Position numbers and translations under genes: made by a program. From the IMG/VR virus record IMGVR_UViG_3300017963_000190, positions 124,001 through 188,000 of that record: a stretch of 64,000 bases of DNA; one strand, written 5' to 3'. The notes under the pieces are model-generated. The model had not been told where the DNA came from. It searched no databases and worked only from the letters and a program-made list of their open reading frames with translations. Below, piece by piece: positions 20,205 to 30,904 of this stretch. Numbering within the stretch: the stretch's first letter is position 1; each line of letters begins with the position of its first letter.

Positions 20205-20702
20205 TTAGGCGTAAGGTTCAGCCATCGAAGATGGCGTTACAAAAGCCTGCAGGTCCAACTCGTCCAATCCAGGAGGAAGTTGCTGTCCTAGGCTAACCGT
20301 GAATCCCATAGGTACTTCTTCGTAGCTAGACGTTATCACCCGAAGGTAAAAACCGTAGGTGAAGTTTCCTAGTTTAGAGGCCCAGAGTTCCCGTACCTCA
20401 TCTATGAGCTCGTCATCGTCGACGTAGTCATCCTCATCCTGTAGATCCCTGAGACGCTCTATAGACTCGTCTACAGCACTACGTATACGCTCTTCCACGG
20501 TAAGTGTAGTTAAGGTTGACGGATCCTCGTCAATCGCGTAGAGCTCGCTCCCATTGTACCAAGATTCCTCTATAGGATCCCAATTATTCAGTAACGATTC
20601 TGCGATGTCCTGTGCACATTTTTGGATGCCGTTTATGTACACAAACCTACCAGCAACGCTGACCGCGAGGTCTCCGTCTGCCACCATTATGGTAACACTC
20701 AT
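20205..20702 (-). CDS. gp25-like baseplate wedge protein
   Basis: GDLAVS..GRFVYINGIQKCAQDI...; position directly upstream of the J-like gene. Confidence 0.65.
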   Translation of the reverse strand: MSVTIMVADGDLAVSVAGRFVYINGIQKCAQDIAESLLNNWDPIEESWYNGSELYAIDEDPSTLTTLTVEERIRSAVDESIERLRDLQDEDDYVDDDELIDEVRELWASKLGNFTYGFYLRVITSSYEEVPMGFTVSLGQQLPPGLDELDLQAFVTPSSMAEPYA

Positions 20703-20714
20703 ACCGTGTGCTCC

Positions 20715-21260
20715 CTATGGGTACGAAGCTAGTACGCGAACCCAAGAACGGAGCTCGCGCTTAGCATCAGAGTTTATTGCCTGCCTGAATTGAGCGTCCA
20801 CGATAGAATCGAAAGTAGCGTGATATACTTCAGCCCGATCTATTTCTATCATACGCCCAGCAGTGGTGGTCATCGCCTGTAGCATAGGTTGTAGGCCATC
20901 ACGGATAATGACGTCATCAGCACCGTCCACATCGTCGACGAATTTTGCACGGAAGGTGTTGAATTTGCCTGTAACTTGCTGCAAGTCGGCTTGGATCGCG
21001 TTGCTGTTAGTAATCTGTTGAGCGGCAAATTCCCCCAACAAATCGTTGTAGTCCTGCGTTAGCGCACTTTCTTGAGCAGCCGCGAAAGCTTTCAGGTACT
21101 GTATTGCCTCGTTCTTTGTGCTAGACCCCAGTAGGATGAGGGCCCCTTCGGTATCCGTGGATATACTGGTTACCGACCCCAGCTCCGACGAGTAAAAATC
21201 CGGCAGCGTCTGCTTGCGGTTGAGCCGGATTTTCCGTTCTTGTTCGTCCGTCAGTGCCAT
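20715..21260 (-). CDS. Hypothetical baseplate-region protein (181 aa)
   Basis: ORF in operon context. Confidence 0.6.
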   Translation of the reverse strand: MALTDEQERKIRLNRKQTLPDFYSSELGSVTSISTDTEGALILLGSSTKNEAIQYLKAFAAAQESALTQDYNDLLGEFAAQQITNSNAIQADLQQVTGKFNTFRAKFVDDVDGADDVIIRDGLQPMLQAMTTTAGRMIEIDRAEVYHATFDSIVDAQFRQAINSDAKRELRSWVRVLASYP

Positions 21261-21287
21261 GCGCTTTGCCTATAAGGTAACTTCCAG

Positions 21288-23801
21288 CTAAATTACCTCA
21301 GATATTACGTCAGTTAGGGTACCAATTGAAGGGGGTGTACAATCATTTGTCTGCTGCGTAGCAGAGTCGCTCACTGCTGAAGCCTCTCCCACGTCGTTGA
21401 AGAGCTCCTTGATAGCTTTGTCCAATTTGCTTATCGTTTCTAGTTTTGAGTTCAAGCTTTCGGTGATGTCGCTCATGACCTGCTGAACCCCGCGTGTTAT
21501 TTCCTGCGTGGTCTCCACCGCTGTTTTTATTGCCTGCCCTGTAAAGTTTTGTATTTCCTCTGTTACCTCAGTTTTGGTTTCGGTCTTTGGGAATAAATCC
21601 ATGTGTGGGATTGTGTCCGTGACAGCCGAAATTGAGGTGGAGTCGTTCATTATACCTTGAACAGTTTTTGGATCGCAGTCCTTGTTTGGGTCTTTTCCAT
21701 CTTGGCAGGGGCTCTCATCCGACCCCAAGTCAGTGCTTCCTAAAAGGTCGTTCATCAATGAGTTCACCATACAGAGCGGCTTCTCCAACGTCTTCATGAT
21801 GGACTCAAAGGCAGAGGTTAAAGTCTCATCTAGGGTGTCACTTAACTCCTTGAGGGCGTCTCCCAGCAGCGACATTGGTATCGGAATGCCGCCTATGGAT
21901 ATGCTCCCTAGCCCACTGCTACCGCCGATGCTGCCTGCGCCACCAACACTGACGTCCCCAGGCAGTGGGATGTCTGGCTGCCCGCTCACGGAAGTAGAGG
22001 ATCCCAAGAGGCATTCTGCTAGATCGTTGTTAAGCAGATTCTCCGTCATGGACATCATATTCTGCAGCTTGTTCAGTACCCCCTTAGCGATGTCCATTAG
22101 ACTGCCGATGGTACGATCGAATACTTTGGTGGCTGTTGACGCTACAGAAGACAGGGCAGCATAGGCTGATTCGATCTTCTTGGATAAGGCAGGCAACGCG
22201 TCAAATGGTAGATTTGGGAGGTCTAGCCCAGGGACGTTCGGGCTGGTGAATTGAGGTGAAGAATATTTGTCGAAAGTGCTTTGTAGCTCATCCCCCGTCA
22301 TCCCAGCTGTATCGATCGCACTATTTATGGCTTCCCACACATCGTCCGGATCTTGAACTTGCGCTTTTGTGGAGACCATGTTTCTCTGCTGTCTAGCGCA
22401 AGCCTTCCCTCTAGAAGTGAGTTCCTTGGCAAGATCAGCATCATTCCCGGTTTTAGATAAATCTATGGCCTGCGCGGCTACTATCGGCTTCTTTATCTTC
22501 GTCCGCATGCCATTCGGCAAAGTCGGGCGATTGTTTTGCAGCATCCGTTGCAGCGTTTCAGCCTTTTCGGTGGCATCATCTTGAGCCGGAGGTTTTATAC
22601 CGGGAGCGTCTTTTTTAAGAAGCTCATCAATCTCATCGTCGGTGAAACTGAAGAGAGAAAATAATTCTGGATCCTCCACAGTCGCTACAACTGGGATCTG
22701 GGCATCTCCTATGTACTCCTCTGTGACAGGAGTTTCTCCCGCCATGATGTCGTCTACTAATAGATCGTCGTACCCCCAGTAGGAGATCTTATTGTAGGAC
22801 ACAAGGCTTGGCTTTGATTCTTCTACCCAAAGTATGTACCCATTCAGCTTGGATACATCACCGTCGGCGTAGGTGGTAGCGGTATCCTCCAGGCTTCTGT
22901 TATACGATCGAAAAACCTCTCTTACGGTAACGAGAGGCTGTACTTCTCCGCAGACATTCTCGTATGAGGTGTACTCTACGTTTTGGGTGAGAAATAGATG
23001 CGGTATCTGTTGCGCATCGCTCAACCTCTGCAGATAGATTTTCAGCTGGTCTACATCCTGCCCGAGGGCGTTGTATAGGACGCGAATACCTACCAGATTC
23101 GTCCCTTCCACCAAAAACAGCTTTTTGTTGATAATGACGTAGTCATCATCCACCGATTCCAAGTACTCCACGGCTTCGGCGTCCGATTCTACTACCGGGA
23201 TGTTCACAGATCGCATAAGGTCTTGGTAGGTCTTTTTGCCGAACTGCTTAGCTATTTCATCGGCAGCCTGTTCCGCATCTTTGAGCGGAGCTCCTTTTCC
23301 GCCGGACAGAAAGGTCGTGGGCACGACTATTGGTGTGTAAGATCCATCCCCAACGAGCTCGGAGGTTACGAGCTCAGCTACGTCCGGATCGGACATCCAA
23401 ACGGCCAGGGTGGTGGCTGTGTTGTATGTTGGGTCGATGTGCCCAGAGGAAGCCACAGGAAGTATCAGCACTATTGTCTTTTCGGTAACCTCTGCCGAAG
23501 GCGGCCTGTCTGTGAATACTCCTCCTACAAAATCAGGCCCGCGGTACGCGTACTGTATTGATATCTCATTGCCCCCTGCTCCCTCCTCAACAGCTGTCCA
23601 CTCCACCTTATTGAAGTCGCTGTCCCCTAGAATCACGCTGGCCTGTATTTTGTCCCCTGTGAGCTGATCGAGCTCATCTTTAAGATCGGCAATTAAGGTG
23701 TCCGCCTCGTTTTGAACATCCCTGAGAGTACCGTTTACCAGCGAAACCGCCTCGAATGTCTCGTTCTGTATTTGGCAGCCAAGATAAATTGATGGAGACA
23801 T
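21288..23801 (-). CDS. Hypothetical baseplate-region protein (837 aa, acidic)
   Basis: Long ORF between spike and gp25-like genes. Confidence 0.6.
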   Translation of the reverse strand: MSPSIYLGCQIQNETFEAVSLVNGTLRDVQNEADTLIADLKDELDQLTGDKIQASVILGDSDFNKVEWTAVEEGAGGNEISIQYAYRGPDFVGGVFTDRPPSAEVTEKTIVLILPVASSGHIDPTYNTATTLAVWMSDPDVAELVTSELVGDGSYTPIVVPTTFLSGGKGAPLKDAEQAADEIAKQFGKKTYQDLMRSVNIPVVESDAEAVEYLESVDDDYVIINKKLFLVEGTNLVGIRVLYNALGQDVDQLKIYLQRLSDAQQIPHLFLTQNVEYTSYENVCGEVQPLVTVREVFRSYNRSLEDTATTYADGDVSKLNGYILWVEESKPSLVSYNKISYWGYDDLLVDDIMAGETPVTEEYIGDAQIPVVATVEDPELFSLFSFTDDEIDELLKKDAPGIKPPAQDDATEKAETLQRMLQNNRPTLPNGMRTKIKKPIVAAQAIDLSKTGNDADLAKELTSRGKACARQQRNMVSTKAQVQDPDDVWEAINSAIDTAGMTGDELQSTFDKYSSPQFTSPNVPGLDLPNLPFDALPALSKKIESAYAALSSVASTATKVFDRTIGSLMDIAKGVLNKLQNMMSMTENLLNNDLAECLLGSSTSVSGQPDIPLPGDVSVGGAGSIGGSSGLGSISIGGIPIPMSLLGDALKELSDTLDETLTSAFESIMKTLEKPLCMVNSLMNDLLGSTDLGSDESPCQDGKDPNKDCDPKTVQGIMNDSTSISAVTDTIPHMDLFPKTETKTEVTEEIQNFTGQAIKTAVETTQEITRGVQQVMSDITESLNSKLETISKLDKAIKELFNDVGEASAVSDSATQQTNDCTPPSIGTLTDVISEVI

Positions 23802-23810
23802 CTTTTATTC

Positions 23811-25073
23811 CTACCCACTAGCCTTCACTTGTGTGCTCGCTACTTGAGAAATGGACCCGGCGGCGCTTCCTACGGCAGTAGCCGCCGTTTGCGCTGCAGT
23901 TGCTACTACTGGGAAGGCAACAGAGAAACTTGGATCTGTGGCCATAATCTGCAAAAACGCTTGCAGCGCAGATAAAGCTGGGGTCATCACGGATGATACT
24001 CCAGGAGCCAACGCTATGGGAATGGAAGGGGCGGCACCAAAGCCTACGTCTGGACTGTTCATCCGTATTTGAGGGGCTTTGCAGGTGTAGTTTGTCGTTG
24101 CGTTAACGCCGACCGACTGTGCCTTGGTGCTGGCGGATGTGCCAAACTGAAATACTCCTGTTTTGAGCGCCGTCAGCTTGATGTCCTTGGCGGACACACT
24201 TAACACGTTTTTTGCTCCCAGGTCCACCTTGGTTTCCACCGCCTGCGTGGAATTAACGAAAACTATGTTGAGCTCTTCGTCCACCTCGAAGGTCAAGTCC
24301 CCTGTCTTTTTATGGAACCATTTACGCTGCTGTCGCAGCTTTTTATTGGTTGAGGACTGCGTGGAGAACTGTCCCATAACGTCGACCACGTGCCCTTCTT
24401 GATTACTCATCAAGGAGGACCCATCCGACTTATTCAGCCATCTGCTGTACTCTACAGCGAATTTGCTGTCCTCAGTACGCACGTAACCTTGGATCAGGTT
24501 TGGTCTCTGCTGATCTGGTCGCTTTACCACACCAAACCGTTCTTCATGCGCAATGGTTGCAGGTGCGGCTAAATGGAGCCGCCTGTTGTATGTTGGAGCG
24601 ATAGAACGTATGTCCAGGTGCGTTTGGCGTAGCTCATGTCGTAAGGAGCCGCCACGTAGTTCTATATCGCCTAGGCTACCAAAGAAAGCGTACGCGCGCC
24701 CAGCTGTCATCACTTCTATTTCACCTGGGTCTAAAGGACGATATAATAGTTGGCCCTCTCTGTAGAGCTTCGACTTGCCAGCAGGATCTACGTTGACGTA
24801 GCCACTGATTTCTTCACGTACGCTGTCACCTCTCTGCATGGTGAGTACAGTGGTCCCTGCTTCCGGAAGCACGCGTATCCAACTGTTGGACCCCATGTAT
24901 GGGTGCATGACTCGCATACGCGTCCGTCCTGGATTAAGCGCCATGCCTAAGGATAGAAATTCGGTTTCAGGTAGAGAGTGTTCTACTACCGCTCGTACCG
25001 GCAGGCGGCGATTTCGATCCGCTTCGTCGAGCTTATCGATCTCGTATAACATCTGATTAGATGAAATCACCAT
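23811..25073 (-). CDS. Baseplate central spike (gp5/gpV-like)
   Basis: N-terminal OB-like MRVMHPYMG...RVLPEAGTTVL; beta-strand-rich C-terminal half; follows the hub gene. Confidence 0.65.
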   Translation of the reverse strand: MVISSNQMLYEIDKLDEADRNRRLPVRAVVEHSLPETEFLSLGMALNPGRTRMRVMHPYMGSNSWIRVLPEAGTTVLTMQRGDSVREEISGYVNVDPAGKSKLYREGQLLYRPLDPGEIEVMTAGRAYAFFGSLGDIELRGGSLRHELRQTHLDIRSIAPTYNRRLHLAAPATIAHEERFGVVKRPDQQRPNLIQGYVRTEDSKFAVEYSRWLNKSDGSSLMSNQEGHVVDVMGQFSTQSSTNKKLRQQRKWFHKKTGDLTFEVDEELNIVFVNSTQAVETKVDLGAKNVLSVSAKDIKLTALKTGVFQFGTSASTKAQSVGVNATTNYTCKAPQIRMNSPDVGFGAAPSIPIALAPGVSSVMTPALSALQAFLQIMATDPSFSVAFPVVATAAQTAATAVGSAAGSISQVASTQVKASG

Positions 25074-25082
25074 TGCTTGCCT

Positions 25083-28000
25083 CTACTTGTAGTAAATGTA
25101 GCCAATTCCAAGTCCGCTAGTACGTCCAGCGGTGGCGCGTATCTGCTCTAAATTCAAGGCGCGTTTTCCTGCGGCCCTCACTCTAGCACGCGCTCTGCCA
25201 CGGATATAGGAAAGTGGGGTACTCCCTCTAATCCAGCCTCCTTTGATGTGAGCAAGAACCCCTAGCGCGGTGTATGTTTTTCCTCTCAAGGTTACTGTTT
25301 TACCTTTCATGCAATCTTTCCACCCACTAGTGTATGGAGAGAGCACAGCTTTAAGGTAATTCCTATATCGGTACCGTCTACCGCTCCAAGCGCTTAACCT
25401 TCTGCCGCAATCTTTCGATGCTCTGTTCCAAACATTGACCACCTTATTCAGCTCCATCCGGCAGATATTTCGGTACAACGTCTTTCTGGAGTAGCGGCTA
25501 CCGTGTAGAATATTGTAAGCAACCCCCCGGAACTTTCTATACTTACCGGAGAAGTAGGCAAATGGATGCTGTCTCTTCTTTAGATTTATGAACTGCTCTG
25601 GATTGAAAAATAAGGTGATGTTGACGTAGGTCAGCGGTATTTTAGTTCCGCGAACCGCGGCCCCAGGTACCTTCGAGTCCCCCACATATTGCTGGTAACG
25701 AGACCTCTTTTGGAAATACTCAACCACGTCCTTGATCGTGATGTTCTTCTTTTTTAGCACCCTCCCTAACCTGCGCTGCCAATAATCATTTGCGCGCCGG
25801 TTCATCTTATCCTTAGCCTTTGGATCTGTTCCGCGCGCTTTCCACATTCCAGCGGCCATGGCAAGCGTTGAGTCTATGTAATACTTATTCGCGGCTATAG
25901 CTATTTTGGTCTGATGCTTGTCGCTCTTGCTCTCAGCCTGCCCTTGTGCAATATACATGTTCACGTGCAAGTGCGGGCCCGTTGCTCCAGAGGCACCTAC
26001 GTAGCAGCAGGTGTCTCCAGCACGAAAGACTGGATTACCTTTGGTCCCCTCTTTCACATCCTTTCCAAGCACCTTCCCTTCTTTGCGTACAAGATTGTTT
26101 AAGTGAATGTATCTAAACATGCAGCGTATGCGGCCACTCTTTTGTCCACCCTTAGGTAGCTGGAAATAGCCCCAGCAGTCGATCCACAATCCAGTACCTC
26201 CGTAATACCATTCCAGTCTAAGCCCATTTGGGTTGGTGCCGTTGTTAGTTAGTCCCAACCACATGAGGTACTGATCGACATATATCTTGTAGTACGGTCC
26301 TATTTTGCTTCGATTTCTGACTCTGAACGCACCGGCGTTCTTGGCTTTATCTGCTCGGATCCATCCATAATTGGTAGCCCCTTGAAGAGGCCCAACCTTC
26401 ATGCCCGCATCAGCATAATCTATATCTATCGGTGCCAGGCAATGTGTACCAGTGGCGGTTTTTACATCCAGCCCGCTGTGCATGTAATCCTTTTTGCTGT
26501 GGCTCCGAAATAGTTTTCTATACCCGCTTCTGGTGGCAACACGGAAGTAACCAAAGGCCTCGTATTTCTTATGGTTCAGATATTTCCATGGGCTATTGAC
26601 GTACTTCATTGGATCACTGACGTCCAAATCCGTGCGCGTATTTTGGGGGGTCCCTTGAGGCTCATCTTTCTTTGGGGTCTCACTCATGACGATGCCAGCT
26701 TTATTCGTAATGGTGGCACGCTTCTCCTCTTTTTGTGGTCTGGATGCCTTCGTTCCTGATGGTGGCTGAGTCGCGAAGTCTGCGCCAAACGTGCCAGCGA
26801 CGCTAGCGGAGAACGCGCTCGCTTGTCGCGCCCTGTTTGCCAAGCGGCTCGTGCAGCTCGACGCGCCGCTACCCGTCTTCGTGGCGCTTTTGCCTGAGCG
26901 TACGCCTTCCTTAGATTGGAAAGAGGACAGCCCCGTGAAGAATCCTGTGTAGTCGATCGGCTGCCTCTCGCCGCCGGCAATGAAACGAAAGGTGCCGTCA
27001 CGGAATAGCCAGCGAGTATAGGTGAGGTTTAAATCTGTAGTGCACTCCCCGTTGGGGGCGGACATAGTGTGCGTGACTGATTGAGGAAGACCGATCCGTT
27101 GTCTTGGGATGAAGTGTATAGGCCTGTTAGGCAAAATGTACGGACGAAACTGAATGGCCATGTTGAGGATATGTGATCTCCCCAATTGCCGCTGAATATG
27201 AAATAGCCCGTATACCTGCAGTTGGTCTAGGGCTTGTGTCTGCCCAGCAGCTCCAGGGGCACCGACGCCTGGTATGCGCAAATTGATATTCTCTACACGC
27301 ACGCCTAAGCGACGGGCTAGGATAGGAGCCATGATAACGATGTGGCGGAGCTTGTTTGTAGGGGCCTTCCCTTTTGTTACTTGGTCTATCTGGAGATGTG
27401 GTTCCAGCCCTTCCAATACCCAAGCGGTGGGTATTTCCTGTGACTCCTCAGCAATAGAGGAGTTCTTCCAGGTTTTCTCAACAGTGTACGCTCCAGAAAA
27501 GTCGGAGCCGAAATCTGCAGGCATCGCATTATAATGAGGTATCTCGAATACTAGATCGCCGTACCCTGACACATAAAATTGGTAATCTAAAGTAGAACAA
27601 ATGTCGTCCAGAAGCGCTTTGCGTGTTTTGTAGTTCAGGGAGGTTGAATTGGTGCCAACGTTACCGAGATGCTGCTGTACAATCGTCGCCGCACCAGTCC
27701 CTCTGGCTGGACGCAGGAGATGGTAAAATACGTTGTACGGAGAAAAGTCTGCTTTTAGAGCGCTGACAGTGCCTCTCCCGACCTCGGTGACCTCAGCGAA
27801 CGTCATCGGTCGTCCGAGAACACCGAAGAGAGCGGTGCGGTTGAAACCGTCCAGTTTGGTTTTGTCGGTTCGGTAGCTGTCTATGTTTACCTCTACGCCG
27901 CGGACTATGCGCTGCTGCTCACAGCATAGGTACTCCACCGACTGCTCAAATGACTTACCCGCTAGTGGGTGTGGGTTTATTCGATCTGTGGCTGTAACTA

Positions 28001-30902
28001 GGTCGGCGAAGATACCTGCCTGCTTTCTACCGAAGTGGGCGTAGGCAATGAGCGCTTCGCCCATTGTGTTCACACCAGGAGATTGTGATGCCAATCCAGC
28101 TGCCGTTTGATCCCGTACCGATTCCTTGAATTGACGAGCTCGATTAAAAACCGCTGGGTTGTCGATAGAGAGCTTGACTCTTTCTGAGAGACTGCGCTCA
28201 ATAGTCGCCCGAAGATCACGCATACGCCGTAAAGCGGCGTTAATAGCCCTTATAGCCCTGTTTTTCCTAATCCTCCTAAAATTACCATCGGCGATGTCCT
28301 GCTCAATCTTGCCCATCAATTTCAGTAAATAAGCATGAAGGGCCTTACCTACGTCAACGCCATCCGCTGTAGCTCTATTTTTTATGCCTAGGTCTGCAAG
28401 TTTGTACGTAGCATTCAACGATCCTGCAGATATACCTCGTTGCTCCCTTACTGCCAGTGCGGCGTCCAAGGCAAACTTCTCAATATACTCATCGGTTAGG
28501 TTACTGGCTATGTTAAATAGCTTCTTCCAACCAACCTCCTCTGCGAACCTCTGCTCGAATATCACTCCGATTCGATCCTGCTTGCTATTCCAATCCAACC
28601 TTTGTTTGAGCGTTTCCTTTTCTTTCTCTAGCTGCGCTAGTTTCAGGTCAAAGTTTTCTAGGCTCTTCGGAGGTTCCTTAATTCCATACCTCTTGGCACA
28701 CGGAACATTGTAGTAGTTTGATGCATCCGTTTTCATTTCGCGGCTTAGCTTCGCGAAGCAGTTTATTTTGATAGTTAACAGGGAGATCTCTTTACGCAGA
28801 CGAGCGATATTGGACTTTACCTTGTTGCTTCTTGGATCAGTGAACTTGAATCCACGGCGTTTGTGTCCCTGGCTCAAAAATGGATTTGCTCTGCCTGCCC
28901 TGCGCATCCATACAGGGAGCTTATCGATTACATCGGGGACATCTCTATCAGACAGGGCCTTCCATATGGCTTTCCTCCTATTTTGAATATGCGACTTTTG
29001 TACGTAGGCAAGTCCCTGCTGCGAACCTTGTTGTCCATATACACCAAACGTCTCAAATAGCGCCTTGTATGAGGTAAAGTATATAGCTACATTGGTAATA
29101 AATTTGTCCCTGTAGTCGAACGCGCTGAACCTTTTTTTGAGATCGCGTATCAAGTAAAGCGCGTTTCCTTTCTCACGCTTTTCTTTGAACTTCTTTGCTG
29201 TCTTCGTGACATCGATCTCCTCTATCTCAAAAGTCAGCTCTCCTCCAGATGCTTTCACCTTTGTTTTTGGGCGAAGTTGTTTGATAGTACCGTCCTGATA
29301 CGGAAGAAATCCATAGTAGGTCAGGATGCTGCCGACCGCTCTGATTATTCCTGTGGCCGCGTCAGCCATAGCTCTGTCCGCTGTAGATACTGCCGCGTTG
29401 GCGCACTGGCTATCAAAATTACGCCCGGCCACAGCTTGGCCACCTATGAGGATGTCCGCGCCTTTGCACGGCTTTATCATGAGACCGTTGACCCCGTTTT
29501 TGCACCCTAGCTTTATGCATTGCGTAAAGATCAACGTATGCATATGGTTCATAGTAAACTCAAACGCGAACGTCTCGTTAGCAAATACCAATGGATTGAA
29601 CCATTTTGGATTGTCCACTGATTTGGTCCACCATGGATACGCTTTCCTAAGCCGGGCTTCTACTTTCTGGGCCACAATTTTTGCCCAACGCAGATAGTTT
29701 TTTCTTATGTGAGATGGTTCTACGTTACTGGTGTCTGTTCCTTTTTGATCAGACGGCTTTTCATCTTTTTTGCCTGTTTGACTCCTATCCTTCACAGACG
29801 GTGCTCCGCTTTTCGTCCCAGTGTACGATGTGCGAACGCGCATCCTTTCCATAAGCCCGCGGTAGTCATAACAAGTAATATTCACTACTCTCTTTCCACC
29901 GACAGGATCATCGTTCCATGTGTAGTCTTTGATGAACCCAGTAAATGCAGGCATCCAGAGGTCGTACCATTCTCTGTACCCCCTGCGCTTCACAGCGGAC
30001 ACGTGAGGAAGGCGAACGAATATTCGTACGGTATCATGCTTATCGAAGATGCATGAATAGGGGTTTAGTGGATATAGCCACATTCCTGTGAACTGGTCTA
30101 TTTGTGGAGCTCCTCCCTTTCCTTCGGGATCCACCGCCTCGTACTTGGTTTTATAGATGCGCCACTTTGCGGCCTCATCCACACGGTAGTTGCTGCGATA
30201 AACGGACTCGCTGACAGCTGTTTCTTTGTTCCCGGTTTTACTGAGGCGCCATGCACTGGTTGAGTACGGTCCGGCACAGATGTTCATCGGGGTGATGATG
30301 AAGGCATCCTGATTATTATTGAGCACAAAGCGCGCGGTGTTCATTCCGCCTGTAGACTCAACTGTCCAACTAAGATCACCCTCGACGTAGTGGGTTACCT
30401 CGGCGCCTTCGATAAATACTCTGTACTCGTTCAGCTGATTTTCGTACTTCCGCTCTTTGTACTTGATTGCATGCGGTAGTCCGCATATCCAGCTTCCTGC
30501 AGCTCCTCCGCGTATTGGAGGAGATGTCTTTCGAAGCTGAAGTGCGCTTATTAATGGCAGGCAGCGCGGACCAGAGATCTCCTTTCTTCCCAGCAGAAAC
30601 CGTTTGAACTTGTCGTTACGTTGCCTCTGGGCAGCCTTTTCCGCCTCCCGTTGAGCCAGCTCGCTCGTCCTCCGCATTATCTCCTGCGGCGACGGTTGAG
30701 ACTGGACCATGGATTTACCCTGGCTTCCAATCTTTGGATCGCGTACTACTACAGTATCGAATGCACTGGAAGTGGTTACCAGACCGCCGCTCCCCATACC
30801 ATCGCGCTGCATCCCACCAGGAGTGCGCACTACTCTCTTGCCAGAAGTAGATTTGCCTGCGTTGGCGTCGGCTTTTTTGCCGGTTTTAGGATTGTCCGAC
30901 AC
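25083..30902 (-). CDS. Baseplate hub (gp27/gpD-like) fused to an M23-family peptidase (tail-associated lysin), 1939 aa
   Basis: Hub motifs (YRVFIEG, AFTGFI, VNITCYDY, YQFYVSGYGDLVF, RPYILPNRPI, QSVTHT); M23 zinc ligands HSGLD and GPHLH near 26490 and 25975. Confidence 0.75.
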   Translation of the reverse strand: MSDNPKTGKKADANAGKSTSGKRVVRTPGGMQRDGMGSGGLVTTSSAFDTVVVRDPKIGSQGKSMVQSQPSPQEIMRRTSELAQREAEKAAQRQRNDKFKRFLLGRKEISGPRCLPLISALQLRKTSPPIRGGAAGSWICGLPHAIKYKERKYENQLNEYRVFIEGAEVTHYVEGDLSWTVESTGGMNTARFVLNNNQDAFIITPMNICAGPYSTSAWRLSKTGNKETAVSESVYRSNYRVDEAAKWRIYKTKYEAVDPEGKGGAPQIDQFTGMWLYPLNPYSCIFDKHDTVRIFVRLPHVSAVKRRGYREWYDLWMPAFTGFIKDYTWNDDPVGGKRVVNITCYDYRGLMERMRVRTSYTGTKSGAPSVKDRSQTGKKDEKPSDQKGTDTSNVEPSHIRKNYLRWAKIVAQKVEARLRKAYPWWTKSVDNPKWFNPLVFANETFAFEFTMNHMHTLIFTQCIKLGCKNGVNGLMIKPCKGADILIGGQAVAGRNFDSQCANAAVSTADRAMADAATGIIRAVGSILTYYGFLPYQDGTIKQLRPKTKVKASGGELTFEIEEIDVTKTAKKFKEKREKGNALYLIRDLKKRFSAFDYRDKFITNVAIYFTSYKALFETFGVYGQQGSQQGLAYVQKSHIQNRRKAIWKALSDRDVPDVIDKLPVWMRRAGRANPFLSQGHKRRGFKFTDPRSNKVKSNIARLRKEISLLTIKINCFAKLSREMKTDASNYYNVPCAKRYGIKEPPKSLENFDLKLAQLEKEKETLKQRLDWNSKQDRIGVIFEQRFAEEVGWKKLFNIASNLTDEYIEKFALDAALAVREQRGISAGSLNATYKLADLGIKNRATADGVDVGKALHAYLLKLMGKIEQDIADGNFRRIRKNRAIRAINAALRRMRDLRATIERSLSERVKLSIDNPAVFNRARQFKESVRDQTAAGLASQSPGVNTMGEALIAYAHFGRKQAGIFADLVTATDRINPHPLAGKSFEQSVEYLCCEQQRIVRGVEVNIDSYRTDKTKLDGFNRTALFGVLGRPMTFAEVTEVGRGTVSALKADFSPYNVFYHLLRPARGTGAATIVQQHLGNVGTNSTSLNYKTRKALLDDICSTLDYQFYVSGYGDLVFEIPHYNAMPADFGSDFSGAYTVEKTWKNSSIAEESQEIPTAWVLEGLEPHLQIDQVTKGKAPTNKLRHIVIMAPILARRLGVRVENINLRIPGVGAPGAAGQTQALDQLQVYGLFHIQRQLGRSHILNMAIQFRPYILPNRPIHFIPRQRIGLPQSVTHTMSAPNGECTTDLNLTYTRWLFRDGTFRFIAGGERQPIDYTGFFTGLSSFQSKEGVRSGKSATKTGSGASSCTSRLANRARQASAFSASVAGTFGADFATQPPSGTKASRPQKEEKRATITNKAGIVMSETPKKDEPQGTPQNTRTDLDVSDPMKYVNSPWKYLNHKKYEAFGYFRVATRSGYRKLFRSHSKKDYMHSGLDVKTATGTHCLAPIDIDYADAGMKVGPLQGATNYGWIRADKAKNAGAFRVRNRSKIGPYYKIYVDQYLMWLGLTNNGTNPNGLRLEWYYGGTGLWIDCWGYFQLPKGGQKSGRIRCMFRYIHLNNLVRKEGKVLGKDVKEGTKGNPVFRAGDTCCYVGASGATGPHLHVNMYIAQGQAESKSDKHQTKIAIAANKYYIDSTLAMAAGMWKARGTDPKAKDKMNRRANDYWQRRLGRVLKKKNITIKDVVEYFQKRSRYQQYVGDSKVPGAAVRGTKIPLTYVNITLFFNPEQFINLKKRQHPFAYFSGKYRKFRGVAYNILHGSRYSRKTLYRNICRMELNKVVNVWNRASKDCGRRLSAWSGRRYRYRNYLKAVLSPYTSGWKDCMKGKTVTLRGKTYTALGVLAHIKGGWIRGSTPLSYIRGRARARVRAAGKRALNLEQIRATAGRTSGLGIGYIYYK

Positions 30903-30904
30903 AG

